From positions 1 through 61,688 of IMG/VR virus record IMGVR_UViG_3300034104_001758: 61,688 nucleotides of DNA; one strand, given 5' to 3'. The position numbers were made by a program, and so were the translations under genes. This document shows, one piece after another, positions 27,920-37,228 of the stretch (the first letter of the stretch is position 1; each line of letters starts with the position of its first letter). Source of the stretch: a virus. Its lineage: Duplodnaviria > Caudoviricetes. A model generated the notes under the pieces. That model searched no databases. It was not told the DNA's origin and saw nothing but the letters and a program-made list of their open reading frames with translations.

Positions 27920-28921
27920 TTGAAATTTATTGAATTGTTTGCTGGCATTGGTGCTTTCCGTTTAGGCTTGGAAAACACTGGTCACGAATGTGTATGGGCA
28001 AATGAAATCTTGCCAGCCCCTAGGAGAATTTATGAACGACAGTTCGGACACGCACCAGACCCACGAGATATTAGAAATGTTTCCGCTGGAGACCTACCAG
28101 ACGCAGACTTGCTTTGTGGAGGATTTCCTTGTGCCACTTTTAGCGTTGCAGGAAAACGTACAGGGTTCTCATTGGAAGACACGAGAGGAACTCTCGCTTT
28201 TGAAATGTTTAGGCTCGCACGGGATAAGCGAATACCATACATTCTCTTTGAGAACGTCAAAGGATTACTCAACCACGATAACGGACGAACCTTCGCAGTC
28301 ATTCTCGGAGTCTTGGATGAGATGGGGTATGACTGTCAATGGGAATTGCTTAACAGCGAAAACTTCGGAGTCCCACAACACCGAGAACGAATCTTCGTTG
28401 TGGCAAATCTTAGAGGACACCCCAGACCCAAAGTATTTCCTATCGGAAGAACGGGTTCAAAAAATGATAGAGACAGCGAATCAGAAGAAAGAGCGCAAAT
28501 CTCTGAGTGGAGTCGAAGAGACGGAGCCTTTAGACACCACGGAACAATCGCACCTACTCTTTTAGCGGCGATGGGAACGGGTGGCGGAAACGTCCCTTAT
28601 GTAACTGTCAAACCAGTTCTAACAGTTAACCGCGATGAGAAGCGCCAGAACGGGCGCCGAATAAAAGACGATGGTGATTCTGCGTTTACATTGACGGCTC
28701 AAGACCGACATGGAGTTGCTCTTGATGACGGAGATAAAACCGTAATCCGCAAACTAACCCCGCTTGAGTGTGAAAGACTGCAAGGGTTCCCAGATGAGTT
28801 CACTAAGTATTACGAAGACGGCTCACTGGTTTCAGACAACGTAAGGTACGAGCGTCTTGGACGCACCATAACAATCCCAGTAGTTGAAGAGATAGGTAAA
28901 GGACTTCATGTTTTCTTTTGA
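27920..28921 (+). CDS. C5-cytosine DNA methyltransferase family, predicted carboxymethyltransferase
   Basis: Motifs I FAGIG, IV GFPC, VI ENVKG, VIII QHRERIF, IX RKLTPLECERLQGF, X YERLGRTI (Arg at the usual Asn). Confidence 0.9.
   Translation: MKFIELFAGIGAFRLGLENTGHECVWANEILPAPRRIYERQFGHAPDPRDIRNVSAGDLPDADLLCGGFPCATFSVAGKRTGFSLEDTRGTLAFEMFRLARDKRIPYILFENVKGLLNHDNGRTFAVILGVLDEMGYDCQWELLNSENFGVPQHRERIFVVANLRGHPRPKVFPIGRTGSKNDRDSESEERAQISEWSRRDGAFRHHGTIAPTLLAAMGTGGGNVPYVTVKPVLTVNRDEKRQNGRRIKDDGDSAFTLTAQDRHGVALDDGDKTVIRKLTPLECERLQGFPDEFTKYYEDGSLVSDNVRYERLGRTITIPVVEEIGKGLHVFF
27990..28565 (+). CDS. nested +1-frame ORF resembling the M.EcoHK31I beta polypeptide
   Basis: W..WGM..NG...T...SE.......SL..ILE......KYFLS; true start uncertain. 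Confidence 0.45.
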   Translation: MYGQMKSCQPLGEFMNDSSDTHQTHEILEMFPLETYQTQTCFVEDFLVPLLALQENVQGSHWKTREELSLLKCLGSHGISEYHTFSLRTSKDYSTTITDEPSQSFSESWMRWGMTVNGNCLTAKTSESHNTENESSLWQILEDTPDPKYFLSEERVQKMIETANQKKERKSLSGVEETEPLDTTEQSHLLF

Positions 28922-29540
28922 GACCATAGATAATTTTGACGACCACATTGCAAGTTCAATTCCAAATTATGACTTGCTTAATGAATCAGTGTTAAGCCTT
29001 TCAAAGTTTTTTGTTGTTCCAGAAACTAGGGTCATTGACCTAGGTTGCTCTACAGGTAAGTTGCTAAAGGCAATTGAGCACTCTGGAATAAAGTTTGGAA
29101 TTGATAAAGCAGAAAATCTTTTGCCAGAAGATGAAATCAATACTCTTTTTGTAGATTGCCCGATTGAAGACTTTAGAGAGTTTGGAAATACGAGTTTGGT
29201 GCTATCGCTTTTTACACTTCAATTCATGCCTAGAAAGTCTCGTTTAGATGTCCTGTGTCGAATCCATGACGGGATGATTGACAAGGGAGCGTTTATCTGG
29301 GCTGAAAAGGTTTACGCAACTAGCGGGGTTGAACAAGATTTAATGAACTTCGCGCATTACGACTTCAAGCGAAAAAACTTTACTGCTGAAGAGATTCTGA
29401 GTAAAGAAGAGGACTTGCGCTCCATTATGCGTTTAAACACATCGGATGAAAATGAGCGCTTGGCTCGTGAAGCAGGATTTGGTAAGGGAATAAAATTCTG
29501 GAAATTCTTTAATTTTGAAGCCACGCTGTACGTTAAATAG
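28908..29540 (+). CDS. CmoA-like (carboxy-SAM synthase-like) class I methyltransferase
   Basis: F.F....FDDHI..SIP.Y, DLGCSTG, FTLQF, EK, K...L...M, W...NF. Confidence 0.75.
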   Translation: MFSFETIDNFDDHIASSIPNYDLLNESVLSLSKFFVVPETRVIDLGCSTGKLLKAIEHSGIKFGIDKAENLLPEDEINTLFVDCPIEDFREFGNTSLVLSLFTLQFMPRKSRLDVLCRIHDGMIDKGAFIWAEKVYATSGVEQDLMNFAHYDFKRKNFTAEEILSKEEDLRSIMRLNTSDENERLAREAGFGKGIKFWKFFNFEATLYVK

Positions 29541-29611
29541 CGCGAGTTGTCAGATAGTATTGCAAGAATACCAGAGTATTATGCAGTGGTATTCGCTGGC
29601 AGGATGGAAAA

Positions 29612-31021
29612 ATGGCAGAAAAATTAGACCTATCTGAATTAGGTTCTACTGGTCTGCGTCACGCAGGTGGCACGGTTTATGAAGAGTTCCTTGTAGCCCT
29701 TCGCGCCCAAAATGGTCAACGTGTTTACCGTGAGATGGCTGACAATGACCCTGTAATTGGTTCCATCCTTTACGCCATTGAAAAAGTTATTGTTCGTCTT
29801 GATTGGCGAGTTGACCCCTACCTAGAACCCAATTCTGAAGGTGCCCCAAAAGATGAGGATGCTGAAGTAGCAGATTTCATTGAATCCTGCATACACGATA
29901 TGTCAGATTCATGGGATTCAACGCTTTCTTCAATTCTTTCCATGCTCCCATTTGGTTTTTCATTCCACGAACTTGTTTACAAGCGCCGTATTGGACCTGA
30001 AGAAAAAGATAGTTCACGCAAGTCAAACTACACCGATGGAAAAATTGGCTGGCGCAAATTTGCTATTCGTAGCCAAGAATCTTTAACCCGCTGGCACATT
30101 GCTGAAGATGGTGGCATCGAAGGTTTGACCCAGAATGACCCTTCAGGTGGTGGCACTCACACAATTCCTATTGAAAAGGCTTTGTTGTTTCGTACTACAG
30201 CGACTAAGAATAACCCTGAAGGTCGCTCCTTACTTCGTAACGCTTATCGCCCTTACTACTTCAAGAAGCGCGTTGAAGAAATTGAAGCAATCGGTATTGA
30301 GCGCGACCTTGCTGGACTTCCAGTTGCCTACGTTCCACCTGAGTATTTATCGTCAACCGCTACAGACGCTCAAAAGGCAGTTCTTAACAGCATCGTTGAC
30401 ATTGTTCAAAACATCAAGCGTAACGAGCAAGAAGGCGTAGTTTTCCCTGCTCAGTATGACGAATCAGGTAAGAAACTATTTGACCTAACATTGCTTTCCA
30501 CTGGTGGCAATCGTCAGTTCGATACAGACAAAATTATTTCTCGCTACGACCAACGCATTTCAATGTCTGTTCTATCTGACTTTATTTTGCTTGGTCACGA
30601 GCAGGTTGGTTCATTTTCACTTGGTACCGCAAAGATGGATTTGTGGTCAATGGCAGTTGACGCTATTGCCAAGAACATTGCTGAAACAATTAATCAGCAC
30701 GCAATTCCGCGCTTGCTTCGCTTAAACGGAATGGACGCTTCACGTCTTCCAGTTCTTACTTACGGCGAGGTTGCACACATTGACCTAACCGAAATTAGCA
30801 ACTACGTTACAAACTTGGCTAACGCAGGAATTATTGTTACCGACCCTAACCTTGAAGATTACTTGCGTCAGTTGGGTGGATTACCTCCAGCAGAGCACGA
30901 TGCAGAATCCACAGGTGCAGTTGACGGTATGCCAGCAGAAATGCCAGCAGATGACGAAACTGAAGATACAACTACAGATGACATGACCGAGGAAGACTTA
31001 ACTTCGGATAACGCTTTCTAG
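29612..31021 (+). CDS. portal protein (DUF935-like)
   Basis: ELG.TGL, NPEGRSLLRNAY, EAIGIERDLAGLP, GSFSL; position before MuF. Confidence 0.85.
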   Translation: MAEKLDLSELGSTGLRHAGGTVYEEFLVALRAQNGQRVYREMADNDPVIGSILYAIEKVIVRLDWRVDPYLEPNSEGAPKDEDAEVADFIESCIHDMSDSWDSTLSSILSMLPFGFSFHELVYKRRIGPEEKDSSRKSNYTDGKIGWRKFAIRSQESLTRWHIAEDGGIEGLTQNDPSGGGTHTIPIEKALLFRTTATKNNPEGRSLLRNAYRPYYFKKRVEEIEAIGIERDLAGLPVAYVPPEYLSSTATDAQKAVLNSIVDIVQNIKRNEQEGVVFPAQYDESGKKLFDLTLLSTGGNRQFDTDKIISRYDQRISMSVLSDFILLGHEQVGSFSLGTAKMDLWSMAVDAIAKNIAETINQHAIPRLLRLNGMDASRLPVLTYGEVAHIDLTEISNYVTNLANAGIIVTDPNLEDYLRQLGGLPPAEHDAESTGAVDGMPAEMPADDETEDTTTDDMTEEDLTSDNAF

Positions 31022-31029
31022 GGGCAAAA

Positions 31030-32019
31030 GTGGGACACATAGTTCGCAAAGCCCGACCCCGTGTTTCTTCGGCGCCGATGTTTACTGGGGCTGAACAGCA
31101 AATTTACGAAATTATTAAGACTTCGCTTTATCGCATGGGTCGCACTGTTGACGCTGATGCAATGGCTCGCGCAATTATTAACTTGCAACCAGATGTCTTA
31201 ACAAAAGTTTTAACCAGTTTAACTATTGGTGAATTGCAAGCAGTTTTACGTCAAGGAATTCTTGCGGTCATAAACAACGCTGGCAAATTAGCAGTTGACG
31301 AAATTCAACCAGTAATTTCTGCTACTCCGTCTTGGGGAAATGCTTTCACAGTTACAGGTAAGCCAAATACCAAACTTCGCTTTAACGTAAACAATCCCCT
31401 TGCAGATGATTTTGCAGACAAACAGGCTGGACGCTTAGTCACAGCAATTGACGAATCAATGCGCTCGGCTATCCGAACCGTAATTAGTGAATCATTCAAG
31501 AATCAGATTCCAGTTGACCTTACGGCTTCAAGGCTTCGGCAATTTGTTGGTTTGCACCCGCGTTGGGCATTGGCTGTAGACCGCTATTTCACGCGCCAGT
31601 ACGAAAGTCTTAGGAATAATGGCGTTACCCACGCAAAAGCGCTTGAAAGGGCTGAGGTGGTCACTGAGACCTATCGTAGGCGCTTGATACGGGCACGCTC
31701 GTCAATGATTGCTCGAACCGAGATTCAGATTGCTCAAAACTGGGGTCGTCAGTTGGCTTGGCAACAGGCTTCAGACGGTGGTTGGGTTGACCCAGACGCT
31801 CAAAAAGTTTGGAAAACCGCTTCCGCAACTATGGGCGGAGTTCCCCCGTGTGACCGTTGTGCCCCTATGGAGGGCGAGAGCGTGCGTTGGAACCAATCTT
31901 TCTCTAATGGTCTACTAATGCCACCTGCTCATCCACATTGTCGCTGTACGGCGTTCCTAATGCCACCTGACAGAGGTTTAAATGATGCTGAGTACATTCG
32001 GACGGGCATTGTTCGATGA
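31030..32019 (+). CDS. MuF-family head morphogenesis (minor head) protein
   Basis: IARTE...K.W......C..C.......PPAHPHCRC. Confidence 0.85.
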   Translation: MGHIVRKARPRVSSAPMFTGAEQQIYEIIKTSLYRMGRTVDADAMARAIINLQPDVLTKVLTSLTIGELQAVLRQGILAVINNAGKLAVDEIQPVISATPSWGNAFTVTGKPNTKLRFNVNNPLADDFADKQAGRLVTAIDESMRSAIRTVISESFKNQIPVDLTASRLRQFVGLHPRWALAVDRYFTRQYESLRNNGVTHAKALERAEVVTETYRRRLIRARSSMIARTEIQIAQNWGRQLAWQQASDGGWVDPDAQKVWKTASATMGGVPPCDRCAPMEGESVRWNQSFSNGLLMPPAHPHCRCTAFLMPPDRGLNDAEYIRTGIVR

Positions 32020-34040
32020 AATCCGTATTTGTATTTCCACCACTTCGTAAACATCAAGCGGGTCAACATGACCAAGAAACTCACGGCTCTTGGGCAACTG
32101 GGAATTTTACTTCAGCAGGTAAAGATGGTTCTTATGATGTTTATGACCACCCAAGTGGCTCAAAGATTTATTTTCAAACTAATCCAGCCATCTTAGATAC
32201 AACTACAGAAGACATAAGAATTAGGCGCGAAGAAGCAATTGGTTATGTTGATGATTTGCTTACTAAATACCCCTTGTCTGACGTAACATTTGTATTTGGT
32301 AATGGAGTTGATGAAAAATACCGCGCAAGTGGAGTGACGCTACCCTACTTTGGAGAACAAGGAAAAGAATCTTGGGGCTTTCCTCTAGATTCAGAAAAAC
32401 CAAACTCTCCAGAAATTATTGACAGTTGGATTAGCACTAACGTACCTAACATTTCGCGTGAAAAAATTAAAGGTGCTTTAGTTGTTTTTCAACCTGAAAT
32501 GTTTGGTAGGAAAAAAACAGGAACACCAAAAACTTTTGGAGAAGTTGCTGAAGAACATTTTATGGCTTTTTCAAATTCTGATTCTCATGTTGGCTGGAAT
32601 GAAAATGGTCTTAAAACAATTATTACCCACGAGTATGGTCATCTTTTAGACCAAAGAACTTATGAAAAATCAGTTAGCGATTTTGGTTCTTTTTCACTTG
32701 AATCCACATCTGATTATGGGCGTAAAAACAGTCGAGAATTATTTGCTGAAACTTTTACCGCTTGGGAATTAGAACGAGATAATCCCAAGTATCAAGCAGG
32801 GTTTGAGATTTTTAATTTTGATAATTTAAGTTCTCTAGTTAAATCTATTTCAGGTTTTCATATTCAAGAATCTTTAGACCCTAATTTTTCTTATGTTTTG
32901 ATTGAATTTGGTGGGATGCAAAAGCACCAAGCAGGAAACCATGACCAAGAGTCACATGGAAGTTGGGCTGTTGGTAGCGATGGCATGGATACTGACTACC
33001 GAATGTCTCACCGTCCACCTGACCCAGAGGACGGCGCTCCAGCGCATGACCTAACTGGTGGCGGTGCTATTTACCCAGAAAATGTTTACGACAAAGATGG
33101 CGCACGCATTTACGCTGGCGGAGAGCCTGAAATGGCTAGACGAGTTCATTCGATTATTACTTCAATGCGCGGAAACCCAAATGCCAAGGTGCAGATTTAT
33201 CGAGCAGTTCCCAAGGGCACAAGACAAGTTAACGTGGGTGACTGGGTAACTATTGACCGCGAGTACGCTGAAGTGCACGGTCAAAGCAACTTAAACAATG
33301 ACTATGACATTCTCAGCAACACAGTTAACGCTGACGAAATCTACACTGACGGTAATTCTTTGTATGAGTGGTCTTACCACCCACGAGTTCAAAAACATCA
33401 AGCGGGTCAACACGACCAGACCACACACGGGTCATGGGCAACTGCTAACGGATACAAACTTGCATCAAAAGATGACCTTCCGTCTCTAGATTCAGCAAAT
33501 TACGATTCAACGGTGCGAAACGCCAGAGATAATTACGTTGGTTTTGGCTACACATGGATGAACGCCTACCTTCGTGATGGATACATTGAAGACACAGTAA
33601 AAATAATTATGAGCGATGAGATTTCAAAAGATGAAGCAATCGGTCAAATAGAGTCTTTAAAAAGCGCCTTGTACGAAACACAAACAACACAAGATTTAAC
33701 CGTAACTAGATGGACACGAACTGGCGAAAGCATTATTGGAGAAAAATTTTCCGAAACGTCAGATTTTGAAAGCCTTATTGGAAAGACTTATCACGCTAAG
33801 GGCTTTACATCTACTTCCGCTAAACCCCATGAGAGCGTAAACGATTCTTACAAGGCACAATCAAAGGTTTTAGCAAACATTCATATGCCAGCAGGTACTT
33901 ATGGCGCTACCGTTGGCAATGACCGAGAAAGCGAATTTATTCTTGCCCCAGATACTTTTTTTGTAGTTATGGGAGTAAACGATATAGGCGAAGGTAGAAT
34001 TTCATTAGACCTTTTAGTGACGGGACAGGGCAATGGATAG
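32016..34040 (+). CDS. three-tag polyprotein: zincin, ART-like domain, VIP2-type ADP-ribosyltransferase
   Basis: HEYGH..SDYG..N..E.FAE; YRAV..GDWVT..EW; MNAYLR..VTR..FTSTS..ESEFIL. Confidence 0.75.
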   Translation: MKSVFVFPPLRKHQAGQHDQETHGSWATGNFTSAGKDGSYDVYDHPSGSKIYFQTNPAILDTTTEDIRIRREEAIGYVDDLLTKYPLSDVTFVFGNGVDEKYRASGVTLPYFGEQGKESWGFPLDSEKPNSPEIIDSWISTNVPNISREKIKGALVVFQPEMFGRKKTGTPKTFGEVAEEHFMAFSNSDSHVGWNENGLKTIITHEYGHLLDQRTYEKSVSDFGSFSLESTSDYGRKNSRELFAETFTAWELERDNPKYQAGFEIFNFDNLSSLVKSISGFHIQESLDPNFSYVLIEFGGMQKHQAGNHDQESHGSWAVGSDGMDTDYRMSHRPPDPEDGAPAHDLTGGGAIYPENVYDKDGARIYAGGEPEMARRVHSIITSMRGNPNAKVQIYRAVPKGTRQVNVGDWVTIDREYAEVHGQSNLNNDYDILSNTVNADEIYTDGNSLYEWSYHPRVQKHQAGQHDQTTHGSWATANGYKLASKDDLPSLDSANYDSTVRNARDNYVGFGYTWMNAYLRDGYIEDTVKIIMSDEISKDEAIGQIESLKSALYETQTTQDLTVTRWTRTGESIIGEKFSETSDFESLIGKTYHAKGFTSTSAKPHESVNDSYKAQSKVLANIHMPAGTYGATVGNDRESEFILAPDTFFVVMGVNDIGEGRISLDLLVTGQGNG

Positions 34041-34917
34041 ATTTACCGATTCATTTCTGTCTGAAGTAAGTCCAGACAAGGCTTTACAACATCGCATACG
34101 CGCCGAAGTAATTCTTGGTCGCTCGCTTTTGACAAAGCACCTAGCGGGTCAACACGACCAACGCACTCACGGAAGTTGGGCTGGCGGTGGTGCTGGAGTT
34201 GACATTACCGCTGACGTGGACAAACTTTTTTACAATCCAGACGGAAGCGTAAATAAAGAAACTCAAGATGTTATTAATCAAATGACCGAAAAAGAATTAG
34301 CAAACGGTCATCGCTATGGCGATAATGCTTTAAAAATTATTGCTGAACGTCAAGGATTTACAGGAAAACCTAAAACAGTTTCTACGGTTGCAGAACTAAA
34401 AAAATTGCAAGAAACAGAAGGCGGAATGATTGTTTATAGAGGTATTTCAGAGTGGAAAAGACTGGAAGTAATACCAGAACCTTATACACCGACAGTTATT
34501 ACTTACACGGCAGAACAGGCTGTAGAGCAATTCAAAAGAGGTGAATACTACGCTGGTTTTGGAGCGTTTGGAACTGGCACTTATACAACAGTAAAAGGAG
34601 ACGAAGCGTCTGCTTACGCTAATGACAAAGACGAAGATAATGACACTTATGGCAACGGAAAAGTTATGGCTATTCACATTCCAAAAAATGCCAAAATTCC
34701 AACACAAGAACAAGTAACTAGAGCCATGAAAATGGTTAATTATGATGATGGACCTAATGTAACAACCTACAAACAAAATGTTGCTCGTATTTTAGCGGCG
34801 CAGGGTTTTCAAGTTTACAATGCTGGTTTGTTACAGGACGACAAGAAAGATTATTTTGTTGTTTTAGACAGGTCTATGCTTACGGTTGCAGACCAAGATT
34901 GGATGATTGGATTATGA
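34033..34917 (+). CDS. tag plus ART-like domain
   Basis: VYRG...G.GAFG.G.YT......A..YA. Confidence 0.55.
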   Translation: MDRFTDSFLSEVSPDKALQHRIRAEVILGRSLLTKHLAGQHDQRTHGSWAGGGAGVDITADVDKLFYNPDGSVNKETQDVINQMTEKELANGHRYGDNALKIIAERQGFTGKPKTVSTVAELKKLQETEGGMIVYRGISEWKRLEVIPEPYTPTVITYTAEQAVEQFKRGEYYAGFGAFGTGTYTTVKGDEASAYANDKDEDNDTYGNGKVMAIHIPKNAKIPTQEQVTRAMKMVNYDDGPNVTTYKQNVARILAAQGFQVYNAGLLQDDKKDYFVVLDRSMLTVADQDWMIGL

Positions 34918-35705
34918 TGACTCCAACCGAATCACGCCGTTACGGTCTTATGGTCAGAGACTTTACTCCCGATGAAGCCAAGGCTTACAACGACCACCTT
35001 CTTGCAGGTAAAAGGGCAGAAGACTTTTTTGCCAAGATGGAAAAGCACCTTGCTGGTCAACACGACCAGAGTTCGCACGGGTCATGGGCTATTGATACTT
35101 TTGATGATTTAGGTGTTTGGGTTAAAAAATCAGAAGAACAATACGGAATAAATAGAAGAACAATTCAAGCAGAAATTGAGTTGCAACAAGTTGCCCAAGG
35201 ATTTAATTCAAGTTCTAATCCTGAGTATGCAAGTTCTGTTTCTATCTATCAAGAAAAATACGGAACTGTAATTAATGAAGCGCTAAGAGACCCATTAATT
35301 TCTACGCAGGGAGTTGAAAAACAAATTGCAGACTTAGACAAAGTATTAGATAGCGCCCCACCTTTAAAAGAACAAATTCTTGCGTATCGAGGAATAAATG
35401 GTGAAGGTCTTGAGTTTTTTGAAAACCTAAAAGTTGGCGATGTATTTCAAGATAAAGGATATGTGTCTACAACTTTAAACCCTAAAACTGCTGGGACTTT
35501 TGCTAATTCTGATTTATCTTCTTATGCTCAAGGAATGGTATTGCAATTCCATTTACCTAAAGGAACCAAAGGATTGTTTCCTACTCCGTTTTTAGGAATA
35601 GGGACGCTTTCATTCTCGGAATTAGAATTTTTATTACCGAGAGACACCAAATTTAAGGTAACGCAAATTCGCGGTAAAGTCATGGACTTGGAGATAACCC
35701 AATGA
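34914..35705 (+). CDS. tag plus VIP2-type (R-S-E) ADP-ribosyltransferase
   Basis: INEALR, AYRG, DKGYVSTT, ELEFLLPRDTKFKV. Confidence 0.8.
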   Translation: MMTPTESRRYGLMVRDFTPDEAKAYNDHLLAGKRAEDFFAKMEKHLAGQHDQSSHGSWAIDTFDDLGVWVKKSEEQYGINRRTIQAEIELQQVAQGFNSSSNPEYASSVSIYQEKYGTVINEALRDPLISTQGVEKQIADLDKVLDSAPPLKEQILAYRGINGEGLEFFENLKVGDVFQDKGYVSTTLNPKTAGTFANSDLSSYAQGMVLQFHLPKGTKGLFPTPFLGIGTLSFSELEFLLPRDTKFKVTQIRGKVMDLEITQ

Positions 35706-37228
35706 CCCCTGAAGTTCAAAAATTTGGCTATGACTCTGCTCAGGGTCTAAGTCTTGTTTTAGAAAAACCAAAATCTGTTTATGTAGTTCCGCCACTAGCC
35801 AAGGCTGTTGACGATGACTACAACCCTCTTGCCAAATACACAAAAACTGCTCACGTTGCTTTAGGTCGCTCACTTGGAATCAAGGCTGGTGAGTTCATAA
35901 CCGAAAAACATCAGGCTGGTAAGCACGACCAAGAAACTCACGGCAATTGGGCTGGTGACAGATTCAGTCCAGATTCAGTTAAGTCTGCCCGTGATGGAGC
36001 AAAAGAGTACGCCTTTAAGTTTGGAATTAAGCAAGATGACAGCATTGAGTATGACGAAGTGGTTGCAAACCGCGCTCGTGCATCCAAGATTGCTGACGCT
36101 TATGACGACCTACCGAAGTACGACAAAGACGCTGTAGATGAGTACGAAGCCCTAGCCACCGAAGTCGAACAACAGTATGACTACATGACCAAAACCCTTG
36201 GCATCAAGGTTGAGTTCATTTCGGAAGACCCATACAAGACATCTAAAGAAATGTTTGCTGAAGTTTCTACTGGCAAACTACGGGTTCTTAAAACGGAATC
36301 TACTGGAGCACACCCATTATTTAGCAACCAGCAAAACGATAAGTTCCGTGCAGTTCACGATTACTTTGGTCACGCGGCTACTGGTCGAGGGTTTGGGCAA
36401 GACGGCGAAGAAGCGGCGTGGGTTCATCACTCACAAATGTTCGGCAAAAAGGCTCGTGGCGCTCTAACTACTGAAACCCGTGGGCAGAATTCTTGGTACA
36501 ACACCCGCAAGAATGGTTTTGCTGACCAAAAGGTTGCGTTACTTCCTGAGCAGTATTGGGAAGTTCCAGCGGTGTTTGCAAAGCATCAAGCAGGTCAACA
36601 TGACCAATCTACGCACGGCAGTTGGGCTACTGGAATTGCTGAAAAGATTTCTTTGAAAACTGCTAGTCTTAAAGACCAAGGTATAACGCAAGAGTTCATA
36701 AAAGACCCAAAAAGAAAAGCAGAATTATTTGTAAATTTGGAAAATGTCGCTCTTTCTGCAATTGAATCAGATAAAAAATTAAACCCTGAATCAGATTTAG
36801 ATTTAAGTGAAATTTTGTATACTCAAGAATTTTTAATGACTTCTAGAGCAATGGATTGGGAGAATGATAATCCAAAACTTGCTTTTAAATCTGTTTTATT
36901 AACCAATAAAGGAAATGTTGCTGGAGCGATGGCTGTATCACTTGAAAGCAATTCTAACGGTGAACCCATTGTTGAAATTCATTACTTAGGTACAACTGGA
37001 ATAGTAGACGGTGCTGGAAGTATGCTTTATGGGCAAGCAATTAATTATGCCTACAAAAATAAAATGGGCTTGCAGTTGTATCCATTAGACAAAGCAGTTC
37101 CTTTTTGGATAAGCATGGGTTTTGAGCGTGACACTTCTGATTCTAATTATTTGCAAATACCCGCCAATAAAATTGAATTACTATGGAAAGAATTAACAAT
37201 AGTAGAAAGTGCGATGCCTAATGTCTAA
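35702..37228 (+). CDS. two-tag polyprotein: HDxxGH/TETRGQ domain plus GNAT-like acetyltransferase
   Basis: FRAVHDYFGH..GEEAAW..TETRGQNSW; IHYLG....GAGSML.......AVPFW..MGF. Confidence 0.65.
   Translation: MTPEVQKFGYDSAQGLSLVLEKPKSVYVVPPLAKAVDDDYNPLAKYTKTAHVALGRSLGIKAGEFITEKHQAGKHDQETHGNWAGDRFSPDSVKSARDGAKEYAFKFGIKQDDSIEYDEVVANRARASKIADAYDDLPKYDKDAVDEYEALATEVEQQYDYMTKTLGIKVEFISEDPYKTSKEMFAEVSTGKLRVLKTESTGAHPLFSNQQNDKFRAVHDYFGHAATGRGFGQDGEEAAWVHHSQMFGKKARGALTTETRGQNSWYNTRKNGFADQKVALLPEQYWEVPAVFAKHQAGQHDQSTHGSWATGIAEKISLKTASLKDQGITQEFIKDPKRKAELFVNLENVALSAIESDKKLNPESDLDLSEILYTQEFLMTSRAMDWENDNPKLAFKSVLLTNKGNVAGAMAVSLESNSNGEPIVEIHYLGTTGIVDGAGSMLYGQAINYAYKNKMGLQLYPLDKAVPFWISMGFERDTSDSNYLQIPANKIELLWKELTIVESAMPNV

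Noticed and set aside
28908-29540. Labelling the gene as tRNA-modifying cmoA
   Set aside because: No cmoB partner here; overlap with a DNA methyltransferase points to DNA modification, and a key Arg is uncertain.
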